A DNA stretch of 24,000 bases, taken from contig JBOFHN010000072.1 in assembly GCA_051649665.1 (NCBI GenBank), forward strand, positions 932 to 24,931, in the 5' to 3' direction. Position numbers and translations under genes: made by a program. Below, piece by piece: positions 15,336-23,478 of the stretch (within the stretch, counting starts at the first letter, position 1; each line of letters opens with the position of its first letter). The notes beneath the pieces are model-generated. The model saw nothing but the letters and a program-made list of their open reading frames with translations, was not told the origin of the DNA and made no database searches. This DNA comes from Culicoidibacterales bacterium. Lineage in GTDB: Bacteria; Bacillota_I; Bacilli_A; Culicoidibacterales; JBOFHN01.

Positions 15336-15339
15336 TACA

Positions 15340-15374
15340 AAAGACCAGCGCATAATATATGCACTGGTCTTTTT
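15340..15374. terminator. Bidirectional intrinsic terminator between the repeat-tail gene and yaaA
   Basis: AAAAGACCAG...CTGGTCTTTTT with an inner GCAT/ATGC extension. A-run and T-run flank it on both sides. Confidence 0.75.
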
Positions 15375-15378
15375 ATAT

Positions 15379-16080
15379 TTATTCATTTTCCAAGTAAAAG
15401 CAAAGTGTTTGATTGATTTGTTCTTTATAGACAAAGCCATTTAATTTTATTTCTTTTACTTCTGCAATAGACAGAAGATTATGCTTAACAATATATTGTG
15501 CCATCATTCCTCGCATTTGTTTAGCAAGCACTGTATGTACACGCGTTCCATCTGATTTTAAAAAGGCAACTTTCGTATACGGAACTTCAATGATTTTTTC
15601 AAATTCCTGTGATGCAAGTGATAGTATTTCAGTCTCTTTTTCTAGCAATTGATTAATTGGCACTTTCCAAAAATTCATCAGTGATTGTTTATCAAAAATA
15701 GACATTGTCATATCTAAACGGTATGGTGATATTTTATCAAATGGACGTAATAATCCATATAGTGCTGAGAAAATATATAAACGGTCTCGAAACATTTCCA
15801 TTTCTTTCACATTAACATTTGCTTTAAGATATTTAAATGCTTCTCCTGTATAACTTTCTATCGCACTCCCTGATAATTGCCCAAAATTTCGATACAGTTC
15901 TATCACTTTTTCTTGTTGGGTTTTTGGAATATGAAGTGTCTGAATGAGTGCTTGATCGCTAAGTGATTGTATTTGTTCTACAAGTTTCTGACTCTCATTT
16001 AGAAAAATAGGTTGTTCTAATGTTACAGGTGTATCATTTTTAATATTTTGCGTTTTACTCGGTGAAAGTAAAATTTTCAT
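15379..16080 (-). CDS. yaaA: YaaA-family (UPF0246/DUF328) peroxide-stress protein
   Basis: Start trimmed to MKILLSPSKTQ (ATG 16078-16080), the family-typical N-terminus. About 233 aa, 7 nt downstream of the M42 peptidase stop. Confidence 0.85.
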   Translation of the reverse strand: MKILLSPSKTQNIKNDTPVTLEQPIFLNESQKLVEQIQSLSDQALIQTLHIPKTQQEKVIELYRNFGQLSGSAIESYTGEAFKYLKANVNVKEMEMFRDRLYIFSALYGLLRPFDKISPYRLDMTMSIFDKQSLMNFWKVPINQLLEKETEILSLASQEFEKIIEVPYTKVAFLKSDGTRVHTVLAKQMRGMMAQYIVKHNLLSIAEVKEIKLNGFVYKEQINQTLCFYLENE

Positions 16081-16087
16081 ACTATTT

Positions 16088-17167
16088 CTATACAAAGAGT
16101 TCTTCAACACTTGCTGTATTTAATTTTGTAATTGTTGCAACAAGTAATTGAACAAGTCCATCGAAATCACGAGCATCAATCATACCATAATGCGTGTGAA
16201 TATAGCGTACTGGTGTCCCCATGTAGACACTTGGGATTCCATTTGCTGTTGTATGGATTGGACCACCGTCACTTCCTCCACCTGACATTACTGTATTTTG
16301 AAATTCAATACCTGCTTCTTTAGCTGTATTTTGAATAAATTGGCGCCATTTTGGATGTCCAATAAATGTTCCATCCATCAAGCTGATAATTGGTCCTTTT
16401 CCTAATTTATCCAATAATTGTTCTTGTGGCGCACCTGGGAAATCACCTGTAATTCCACAATCAAGAATAATTGCAAGGTCTGGTTCAATCATCTGACCCA
16501 TTGTTTTTGCACCACGTGTTCCAACTTCTTCTTGAACTGTTCCTGCAAACACAACTTCTACATCTAAATCTTTTTCTGCAAGTTCATTCATCACAGCAAG
16601 TGCAATTGCACATCCTACACGATCATCAAACGCTTTTCCAATGTAGCGATTTTCATTTGCCTCAAGTTGTGCAAACTCAGCAACTGCCGTCACCATATCT
16701 CCAAGTTGAATACCCGCTTCTTCTACTGCTTCCTTACTCTCAAATCCAAGATCTAAAAACATTTCATCAATAGTTTTCATACTTGTACGTTGTTCAGGTT
16801 TTAATAGATGAACAGGAATTGAACCAACAATCCCTTGGAATGTTTTTTTGTCATATGTCGTCACCTTTAACTTTTGTCCAAGCACAACATGTGCCCACCA
16901 ACCACCAATTGGTTTAATTCGAAGAAAACCACCTTCTTCGATTTTCGTTACCATAAATCCAATTTCATCCATATGAGCTGCAAGCATTATTTTATATTTT
17001 GATGTTGCTGATTTTTTAGAAATAGCAATTCCACCAAGACGATCTTTCTTCACTTCAAAATTATATTTCGATGCTTCTTTTTCAAAAATTGCTTGAATTT
17101 CTCGTTCGTGAGCTGCAATTCCATTTGTATTAGATAACACTTCTATTAATTTAATATATTTTGACAT
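16088..17167 (-). CDS. M42-family metallo-aminopeptidase (glutamyl aminopeptidase / Frv-like)
   Basis: Start trimmed to MSKYIKLIEVLSN (ATG 17165-17167) with SD AAGGAGG. Motifs AAHMDEIGFMV, KAFDDRVGCA, VQEEVGTRGA and GGGSDGG are typical of M42. Confidence 0.85.
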   Translation of the reverse strand: MSKYIKLIEVLSNTNGIAAHEREIQAIFEKEASKYNFEVKKDRLGGIAISKKSATSKYKIMLAAHMDEIGFMVTKIEEGGFLRIKPIGGWWAHVVLGQKLKVTTYDKKTFQGIVGSIPVHLLKPEQRTSMKTIDEMFLDLGFESKEAVEEAGIQLGDMVTAVAEFAQLEANENRYIGKAFDDRVGCAIALAVMNELAEKDLDVEVVFAGTVQEEVGTRGAKTMGQMIEPDLAIILDCGITGDFPGAPQEQLLDKLGKGPIISLMDGTFIGHPKWRQFIQNTAKEAGIEFQNTVMSGGGSDGGPIHTTANGIPSVYMGTPVRYIHTHYGMIDARDFDGLVQLLVATITKLNTASVEELFV

Positions 17168-17186
17168 TGTAATGTCCTCCTTAATT

Positions 17187-19175
17187 TTATTCATAACGCA
17201 ACGCTGTTGCTGGATCTTGTTTTGATGCTTTAATCGCTGGGTATAAACCTGAAACCATCGCTGCTAGTGCACTTACTACAATAATAATAACCAACACTTC
17301 TGGATAAATTAAAATAGCTTGATTGATATTAATCATATTCTTTATCACTTGATTAATAACTATTCCCAATCCATAGGCAGCAATAATTGCTACAATATTT
17401 GCTACAAAGGCAATAAGCACCGCTTCAAACAAGAATATCTGAAGAATACTCCCGGATTTATAGCCAATAGCTTTTAGTGTTCCTATCTCTTTTGTTCGCT
17501 CAATTACTGATATATACAGTACAATTCCAATCATTACCATTGCAACAATAACAGAAAGTGCGGCAACAAATGTTAAAATAGTTTGGATAATACTAATTAT
17601 TTGATTGAGTAATGATAAGTTTGTTTGCACTGTAATCACCATATATTCTCGATTATCTTGATGTTTTTTTGCTTGTTCCTCAGCATACTGCGCACTATCC
17701 ACTATAACAGAATAATTAAATGGGTTTATCTTATCTTTTAGATTATTTGTTTCCAAAAAGTTATACATCGACTTATACGACAAGGCACTGTTATTTTTTA
17801 CAACACCCGATCTTGTATAAATCCCTTTGATTGTTTCTGTCTGTGTGTACACCTGTGTATCTGGTGTACTCTTTAATGGAACTTTAACAGTAATTCTTTT
17901 ACCGATATAATCTTCATAGTGAATCTCATCAATCTTTTGTCCAACGAGTTCCGCAATGACTTCTTGTCTTAACCAAATACCTTCCTCATCAATGGACTTT
18001 TGCGGGGAACCATATTCTACATAACTTTCACTCGTTATTTGTGACAACTTATAATTCACATCGTTTCCACCATTCGACAATGCAAATTGTCCTGGCTTTG
18101 TCGTTTTCCCTTCCAGTTCAAACATAGTAAATGGGAAAACATAAAATTCGCTACTTGCTAAAATTCGGTTTTCTCCAATTTCTTTTGTTATTTTTGCATA
18201 ATCTTCTGTAGAAACACCAGAAGATATTGCCAATTTTGTAATTGGATCTCGTTTCGCTACTGTCAATTCACGAGCATCAATATCTTTAGAAACCAAATCG
18301 TTCACTTCTCTTGTTATTCCATTCCCTAAAGAAAGTGAGAGAATTATTCCGATAATTCCAATTGACGTCCCCAGACCAACAAGTAAATTTCGCCCTTTTC
18401 TTTGTAAAAAGTTTTTAAATGCAAAACGAAATGTCTTCATCAAACCAAAACGAACTTTTTTATGACTTTGTACATTGCTTTCAATACCTTGATAATCTGC
18501 TGTGTAGTAATCTGTTTCAATGAGTCCATCTCTCATTTTAATAATGCGCGTTCCATATTCAGCTACTTCTTGATTATGTGTTACAACAATGACTAATTTT
18601 CCGGCTTCTGTTAAATTTTTTAGTAATTTCAAAATATCATCAGATGTTTTCGTATCAAGTGCTCCCGTCGGTTCATCCGCAATAATCACATCTGGATTGT
18701 TGACAAGTGCACGAGCAATTGCGACCCTCTGTCTCTGTCCACCTGAAAGTTGATTCGGTTTTTTATTAATAAATTTTGATAAACCAACAATATCAAGCGC
18801 ATGTAACACGGCTTCTTTTTTATTTTTTCCTTGTGGAAGTCCAAGGGTTGCCGCCGTCATTACATTCTCATATACATTCATGTGCGGAATGAGATTAAAA
18901 TTTTGAAATACAAAACCAATGTTATCTCTTCGATATTCTGCGAGTTTTCGTCTTGATAGTAGACGAAGGTTTTCTCCATTAAAGTAAACATCACCCTGAT
19001 ATCGACTATCAAGTCCACCGAGCGCATTCAGCAGTGTTGATTTTCCACAACCAGATGGTCCGAATATAGCAACAAACTCTCCTGCTTTTAATTCAAAATC
19101 AACACCTTTGAGAGCCAATTCTTCTGTATCTTTGGATAAGCGATAGCTTCTTTTTAAATTTGTAATTTTTAACAT
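17187..19175 (-). CDS. Fused ABC transporter ATPase + FtsX-type permease (MacB-like)
   Basis: N-terminal NBD has Walker A GPSGCGKST, signature LSGGQRQRVAIARAL and Walker B VIIADEPTGALD. One TM follows, then an extracytoplasmic domain of about 250 aa, then three C-terminal TM helices (FtsX/MacB fold). Confidence 0.85.
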   Translation of the reverse strand: MLKITNLKRSYRLSKDTEELALKGVDFELKAGEFVAIFGPSGCGKSTLLNALGGLDSRYQGDVYFNGENLRLLSRRKLAEYRRDNIGFVFQNFNLIPHMNVYENVMTAATLGLPQGKNKKEAVLHALDIVGLSKFINKKPNQLSGGQRQRVAIARALVNNPDVIIADEPTGALDTKTSDDILKLLKNLTEAGKLVIVVTHNQEVAEYGTRIIKMRDGLIETDYYTADYQGIESNVQSHKKVRFGLMKTFRFAFKNFLQRKGRNLLVGLGTSIGIIGIILSLSLGNGITREVNDLVSKDIDARELTVAKRDPITKLAISSGVSTEDYAKITKEIGENRILASSEFYVFPFTMFELEGKTTKPGQFALSNGGNDVNYKLSQITSESYVEYGSPQKSIDEEGIWLRQEVIAELVGQKIDEIHYEDYIGKRITVKVPLKSTPDTQVYTQTETIKGIYTRSGVVKNNSALSYKSMYNFLETNNLKDKINPFNYSVIVDSAQYAEEQAKKHQDNREYMVITVQTNLSLLNQIISIIQTILTFVAALSVIVAMVMIGIVLYISVIERTKEIGTLKAIGYKSGSILQIFLFEAVLIAFVANIVAIIAAYGLGIVINQVIKNMININQAILIYPEVLVIIIVVSALAAMVSGLYPAIKASKQDPATALRYE

Positions 19176-19337
19176 CTCTTTATTATACCTCTCTAATCAT
19201 TTCTATTCCATCTGAATGAAAATTGTTCTCAAGTTCAATAAAGTGACAACTCACATCATTGAAGTGAATCATGACAAACACCGTATTTTTTATTCGTGTC
19301 GTCTCTCATCCTCCAATTTTTGTGCTCATCCGTTTCC

Positions 19338-19366
19338 ATTATATCATTTTTTTTCCATGGAAACAA
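19338..19366 (-). promoter_or_regulatory. Promoter-like element P2 in the ABC leader, embedded in an inverted repeat
   Basis: Minus strand TTGTTT (19361-19366), 17-nt spacer, TGaTATAAT (19338-19346). The inverted repeat GTTTCCAT (19332-19339) / ATGGAAAC (19357-19364) overlaps both hexamers. Confidence 0.4.
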
Positions 19367-19413
19367 TGTGATTGTACACAATAATTCGTCCAGATACTCT
19401 GTATTACATAGTA

Positions 19414-19442
19414 ATTATATCAGACATGAATTTTTAATGCAA
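19414..19442 (-). promoter_or_regulatory. Promoter P1 for the ABC-M42-yaaA operon
   Basis: Minus strand TTGCAT (19437-19442), 17-nt spacer, TATAAT (19414-19419). This gives a leader of about 230 nt. Confidence 0.55.
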
Positions 19443-19453
19443 TCTTATTTTCA

Positions 19454-19483
19454 ATAAAAAAAAGACACAGTCTCCTGTGTCTT
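19454..19483 (-). terminator. Intrinsic terminator after rplT
   Basis: Minus strand AAGACACAG-gaga-CTGTGTCTT followed by TTTTTTTT. Confidence 0.85.
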
Positions 19484-19488
19484 AAAAA

Positions 19489-19848
19489 TTATTTACCTAA
19501 TGCTTTTTTCGCTTGTTCAGCAAGACTTGTGAACGCTGCTGGATCACTAATTGCAAGTTCTGATAACATTTTACGGTTAACTTCGATTCCTGCTTTTTTA
19601 AGTCCATTCATAAATACACTATATGACATACCATTCATACGTGCTGCCGCATTAATACGCGTAATCCATAATTTACGGAAATCACGTTTTTTCTGACGAC
19701 GATCACGATATGCATACATATATGATTTCATTACTTGTTCTTTTGCTGATTTGAAAAGTAAGTGCTTCGCACCATAATATCCTTTTGCAAGTTTTAATAT
19801 CTTTTTACGGCGCTTACGAGCAACCGTTCCACCTTTTACACGAGCCAT
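19489..19848 (-). CDS. rplT: 50S ribosomal protein L20
   Basis: [29 protein letters not shown] is diagnostic. 119 aa. Confidence 0.95.
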   Translation of the reverse strand: MARVKGGTVARKRRKKILKLAKGYYGAKHLLFKSAKEQVMKSYMYAYRDRRQKKRDFRKLWITRINAAARMNGMSYSVFMNGLKKAGIEVNRKMLSELAISDPAAFTSLAEQAKKALGK

Positions 19849-19873
19849 TTAGCTGCCTCCATTCTTTTTATTA

Positions 19874-20068
19874 TTATTTTTGGATTAATTGTTTAATACG
19901 TTTCATATCACTTGCGCTTACAAGTGTTCCTTTACGGAGTTGACGTTTTTGTTTTTGAGTTTTTGATTGTGCAAGATGCCCTGTGAAGGCTTGTCCACGT
20001 TTAAGTTTTCCACTTCCTGTACGTTTTACACGTTTTGAAAGTCCACTATGTGATTTCATTTTTGGCAT
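19874..20068 (-). CDS. rpmI: 50S ribosomal protein L35
   Basis: [24 protein letters not shown] is diagnostic. 64 aa. Confidence 0.95.
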   Translation of the reverse strand: MPKMKSHSGLSKRVKRTGSGKLKRGQAFTGHLAQSKTQKQKRQLRKGTLVSASDMKRIKQLIQK

Positions 20069-20093
20069 GTTACTGCTCCTTCCATATCAAATA

Positions 20094-20645
20094 TTACTTA
20101 CCTTTTTTCGGCGTTAAATTCATATGCATGAAACGACCATCTTGTTTGATAGAACCTTCCATGTCAGCATGTTCTTTTAAACCTTCGAAAAAAGTTTCAA
20201 GTACATTTCGTCCGATTTCACTATGTGTAATCTCGCGCCCTTTAAAGCGTAATTGTACTTTTACTTTTTCACCTTTTTCAAGAAACTTAATCGCATTGCG
20301 TTGTTTTGTTTCAATATCGTGCTTATCAATTTTAGCACTCAGGCGAATTTCTTTATTTTGAACGATTTTCTGATTCTTTTTTGCAGCACGCGCCTTACGT
20401 TGTTGCTCATATCGGAATTTACTATAATCCATGATACGAGTTACAAGTGGGGAAGCATTGACTGCAACACACACAAGATCCAGCTCTTTACTTTCTGCAA
20501 GTTCAATCGCTTTTCTTGTGTCCATGACACCGAGTTGTTCTCCATTCTCGTCGATAACAAGCACTTCTTTCGTGCGTATTGCATCGTTTACAAGTGTTTT
20601 ATCTTTTTTTTGTGGAACTTGTAGTGTTCTTCTTTGTTGGCTAAT
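20094..20645 (-). CDS. infC: Translation initiation factor IF-3, ATT start codon
   Basis: The ORF track begins at an internal GTG (..LVIDENGEQLG). The frame stays open upstream to ATT at 20643-20645, 9 nt after AGGAGG. This adds SQQRRTLQVPQKKDKTLVNDAIRTKEV, the conserved IF-3 N-terminal segment. A non-canonical AUU start is the well-known autoregulated infC feature. Confidence 0.9.
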   Translation of the reverse strand: MSQQRRTLQVPQKKDKTLVNDAIRTKEVLVIDENGEQLGVMDTRKAIELAESKELDLVCVAVNASPLVTRIMDYSKFRYEQQRKARAAKKNQKIVQNKEIRLSAKIDKHDIETKQRNAIKFLEKGEKVKVQLRFKGREITHSEIGRNVLETFFEGLKEHADMEGSIKQDGRFMHMNLTPKKGK

Positions 20646-20792
20646 GTTAACCGACCTCCTATTATTACAAAAGAGTGACTTCTCACAAAGTCACTCTCAA
20701 AAAATTATATATAATCAATACTGATATATGTAATTACTCTGGGTGACCTTAAAGCTTTCGCAATGAAGGTGAGAATCTCTTCTGCTTCGTTC
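20646..20792 (-). promoter_or_regulatory. infC-rpmI-rplT leader (L20-leader-type attenuator)
   Basis: About 145-nt leader between the promoter and SD. It ends in hairpin GAGAGTGACTT-tgtgag-AAGTCACTCTT (20671-20698) running into TTTTGT. The position and terminator architecture match the Firmicutes L20 leader. I could not verify the primary sequence against a model. Confidence 0.55.
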
Positions 20793-20798
20793 TTACGT

Positions 20799-20827
20799 AT
20801 TATACCAGATTTCATATTTATTTGCAA
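20799..20827 (-). promoter_or_regulatory. Sigma-A-type promoter for the infC operon
   Basis: Minus strand TTGCAA (20822-20827), 17-nt spacer, TGgTATAAT (20799-20807). Confidence 0.7.
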
Positions 20828-20836
20828 TACTTTTTG

Positions 20837-21373
20837 TTATTCTCCTTGAATAATACCAAATTGTCCTTCTTTTCGTTTATAAACAACCATTGGTTTATTT
20901 GTGTCAGCCTCAAGGAAGAAATAAAAATCATGATCAATAAGTTGTAATTGTAAAATTGCTTCTTCTACATCCATTGGGCGAAGTTCAATTTTTTTCTCTT
21001 TGATGATATCTACTTTTTTAATTTCATCTGGTGTTTCTGACTCTACAAAGAATGCATCTGCCATTGGAACACGTTCTTTAATTTTTTTGTTTAATTTTGT
21101 TTTGTGTTTACGAATTTGGCGTTCTAATTTATCAAGTACAACATCAACTGCTGCATATATATCATTTTGTCGTTCATCAGCGCGAAGGACGTATTTTTCA
21201 GCGTGAATCGCTACTTCTACTCGACTTTGAAAATCATACTGTTTGATAAGCACATTGACAATTACTTCTTCTTTGTTTGTGAAGTATTTTTCAAGTTTCG
21301 CCAATTTTTCTTCGATAAATTGTTTTTGTGCTTGTGTTACTTCTATTTTATGTCCACGAATTGTTACTTTCAT
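20837..21373 (-). CDS. hpf: Ribosome hibernation-promoting factor, long form
   Basis: 178 aa. The N-terminal sigma-54-modulation/RaiA fold (MKVTIRGHKIEVTQAQKQFIEEKLAKLEKYF) plus the C-terminal dimerisation domain (KPMDVEEAILQLQLIDHDFYFF) are typical of Firmicutes HPF/YvyD. Confidence 0.9.
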   Translation of the reverse strand: MKVTIRGHKIEVTQAQKQFIEEKLAKLEKYFTNKEEVIVNVLIKQYDFQSRVEVAIHAEKYVLRADERQNDIYAAVDVVLDKLERQIRKHKTKLNKKIKERVPMADAFFVESETPDEIKKVDIIKEKKIELRPMDVEEAILQLQLIDHDFYFFLEADTNKPMVVYKRKEGQFGIIQGE

Positions 21374-21400
21374 AATCGTGCACCTCCTTCTTCTATCTTT

Positions 21401-21429
21401 ATTATACCCTTTTGTAAAAGCGTTTTCAA
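21401..21429 (-). promoter_or_regulatory. Sigma-A-type promoter for hpf
   Basis: Minus strand TTGAAA (21424-21429), 17-nt spacer, TATAAT (21401-21406). SD GAAGGAGG follows. Confidence 0.65.
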
Positions 21430-21463
21430 GTTTTTGTGTGATTTTTTTGTAATTTCACACATT

Positions 21464-22150
21464 TCATCGTAAATCCGACCTAAAAATCGTACGTGAATTC
21501 GATACATTAAAATGTGCGTTTTCGAGTTTTATTTGACTATCTTTTAGTGTTGAACCCGTTGTATAGACATCATCAAACAGTGTAATATTCTCTTTTATAT
21601 CAATACTTTGTATTTCAAAAGCATTTTTAAGTTTTCTTCTCGCGCTCACATCTTGAAGTCTAATCTGCGACACAATATTTGGTTTCTTTTTTAATAAGTC
21701 AACACTGCGTGTTTGAGTATTCGCAAGTATATACGCAAGATGATCAAAATCACGTTTTTGATATGTCACATCACTAGATGGAATTCGCTGAATCAAATTT
21801 TGGGGTAAAAGATGAAACATTTTAATAAGTGGACAAATACTTTGCCACAATTGAATATCACCTTGAAATTTCAAACGCTCCATTATTTGATGTGCAAATT
21901 CATTGTAATAAAGAAGCGCTCTATTTGGGATGAGTGCTACATCATAATGTTTTTGCCAGTATTTACAATCTTCACAAATTGCCCTCCTTTCCTCTACACT
22001 TCGGATTTTCTTCTGGCAGTTAATACATTTTTGACCTTTATATAAATGAACAAATTCTAGTTTGGCATAACAACCTTGACAAAGTTGTAATCCTATTAAC
22101 TCCTCCTTTTCACACAAATAAGAAAAACAAAAATTACACTGTCTGTTCAT
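21464..22150 (-). CDS. comFC: ComF-family protein (ComFC, phosphoribosyltransferase-like)
   Basis: 228 aa. N-terminal Cys-rich zinc-ribbon pairs (CNFC...CQGC, CINC...CEDC) and a C-terminal PRTase motif LFDDVYTTGSTL. Sits in comFA-comFC-hpf synteny. Confidence 0.8.
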   Translation of the reverse strand: MNRQCNFCFSYLCEKEELIGLQLCQGCYAKLEFVHLYKGQKCINCQKKIRSVEERRAICEDCKYWQKHYDVALIPNRALLYYNEFAHQIMERLKFQGDIQLWQSICPLIKMFHLLPQNLIQRIPSSDVTYQKRDFDHLAYILANTQTRSVDLLKKKPNIVSQIRLQDVSARRKLKNAFEIQSIDIKENITLFDDVYTTGSTLKDSQIKLENAHFNVSNSRTIFRSDLR

Positions 22151-23378
22151 GCTGTTTATTCATCTCCTTAATTTGATTCACTATATGCGAAATTTTATCT
22201 GTATACACTTCATAGTACGCTTCCAAATGATAGGGCCTTTCTACCTTACCACGATCAACTCTCCCACATATCTGTATAACCATCTCTTTTGACATTAACT
22301 GATGTTCTGGAAAAAAGATCGCCACCGAAATATAATCAAATGTTACACCTCGTTCCAAAATTGATGTTGTAATAAGAATATCAAGTTCCTGATTTCTGAA
22401 TTTATCAATTTTTTCTATTCGCTTTGAATCTGAGCTACATACAAATTCAACTGCGCGAAACTTATTCATTTTCTCAATATAGGTAAATACTTGAAAGCCA
22501 ATATCAATACTGGGAACAAAAATAAGCCACTGGCCATTTTTAAATTTCCCCATCTTTTTCATTGGGAAATGATATTCAAGCCTTTTACTCAATCCTGAAA
22601 TATGAATAAATTTCGGAGTCGGTAAAATTCTTTTGTTAAATTTCGTCATCAAATAAACAGTTTTTCCATGATTAATTTTAGGAGTTGCCGTCATATAAAT
22701 TCGAACACCTGTTTCTTTAAGTCCACGCATAACAAAATATTGCAACATACGATCTTCATGCACCGTAAAAAATGGATATGCATCAGCTTCATCAATGATA
22801 ATCAAATCAAAAAACCGCTCATAATGAATCAATTGGTGCATTGTCATGACATATATATGCCCAAGACGTCTTGCATGATTCCCATTATGCCATCCAATAA
22901 TTAAATGTTCTGGAAAATATCGTTCAATCCTCTCATATAGTTCTCGAATCACATCAATTCGTGGACAAATAAATGCAATACATTTTTGTTTCTTTAGAAA
23001 CTCATTCCCAATTGTCAAAATCATTTCCGTCTTACCAGCACCTGTCACAGCGATGACGTCAATAATTTTGTGACCTTCATCCAAATAACACTTCATTTGA
23101 TTTACACAACGTTGCTGTACATCTGTTAAGCAAGGTATTTGCGTGTTAAAATCACATCGAAATGTCTTGGGGAGCTGTAGTTGCCGAATTGCCATTGTCG
23201 TCTTCTCACACACTCTTCCAAATATAAAACAACTTCGACAATAATAAATTTCTCTTTTAAGCGTATACGAAATAAATGAACCAAATAATTCTTCCTTCAC
23301 ATTTCCACAACGCAGGCATCGTAAAGGATTAAAATTAATTGCTGATATATCAGTTCCTTGCTCATCAATATATCGCAT
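22134..23378 (-). CDS. comFA: ComFA-like DEAD/DEAH-box helicase (late competence ATPase)
   Basis: 414 aa. N-terminal zinc finger (CLRCG...CRSC), Walker A TGAGKTE, DEAD-like IIIDEADAY and helicase C motifs (TTSILERGVT, QICGRVDR). Overlaps the comFC start by 17 nt. Confidence 0.8.
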   Translation of the reverse strand: MRYIDEQGTDISAINFNPLRCLRCGNVKEELFGSFISYTLKREIYYCRSCFIFGRVCEKTTMAIRQLQLPKTFRCDFNTQIPCLTDVQQRCVNQMKCYLDEGHKIIDVIAVTGAGKTEMILTIGNEFLKKQKCIAFICPRIDVIRELYERIERYFPEHLIIGWHNGNHARRLGHIYVMTMHQLIHYERFFDLIIIDEADAYPFFTVHEDRMLQYFVMRGLKETGVRIYMTATPKINHGKTVYLMTKFNKRILPTPKFIHISGLSKRLEYHFPMKKMGKFKNGQWLIFVPSIDIGFQVFTYIEKMNKFRAVEFVCSSDSKRIEKIDKFRNQELDILITTSILERGVTFDYISVAIFFPEHQLMSKEMVIQICGRVDRGKVERPYHLEAYYEVYTDKISHIVNQIKEMNKQHEQTV

Positions 23379-23420
23379 ATCATCACCTCAATATATTATT
23401 CCTCTCTTATTGTCTGATTT

Positions 23421-23467
23421 CTCAAAAAGAAAAACACAGTCTATTTCTTAAGAATAAACTGTGTTTT
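23421..23467 (-). terminator. Intrinsic terminator after the right-edge hypothetical gene
   Basis: Minus strand AAAACACAGT...ACTGTGTTTT long hairpin with an inner TTCTTAAGAA palindrome, followed by TCTTTTT. Confidence 0.7.
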
Positions 23468-23478
23468 ACATTTATTAT

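Noticed and set aside
15048-15444. 83-aa minus-strand and 123-aa plus-strand ORFs over the tandem repeat
   Set aside because: These are alternative-frame artefacts. The repeat keeps all frames open. Only the 14592 frame has an SD, TM helices and a coherent start.
19216-19371. 51-codon plus-strand ORF, plus 17-codon (MRDDTNKKYGVCHDSLQ) and 7-codon minus-strand ORFs in the ABC leader
   Set aside because: The plus-strand ORF has no usable SD. The GGAGG on the minus strand directly abuts the ATG with zero spacing. None of the three has features supporting translation.
20035-20724. Three plus-strand ORFs (97-123 aa) antisense to rpmI/infC
   Set aside because: They lie opposite highly conserved translation genes. 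They are Phe/Ser/Cys/Leu-rich, as expected for antisense translation of Lys/Glu-rich coding sequence.
22134-22150. 17-nt overlap between the comFA stop and the comFC start
   Set aside because: This is ordinary translational coupling within the comF operon and shows no sign of a frameshift or fusion.
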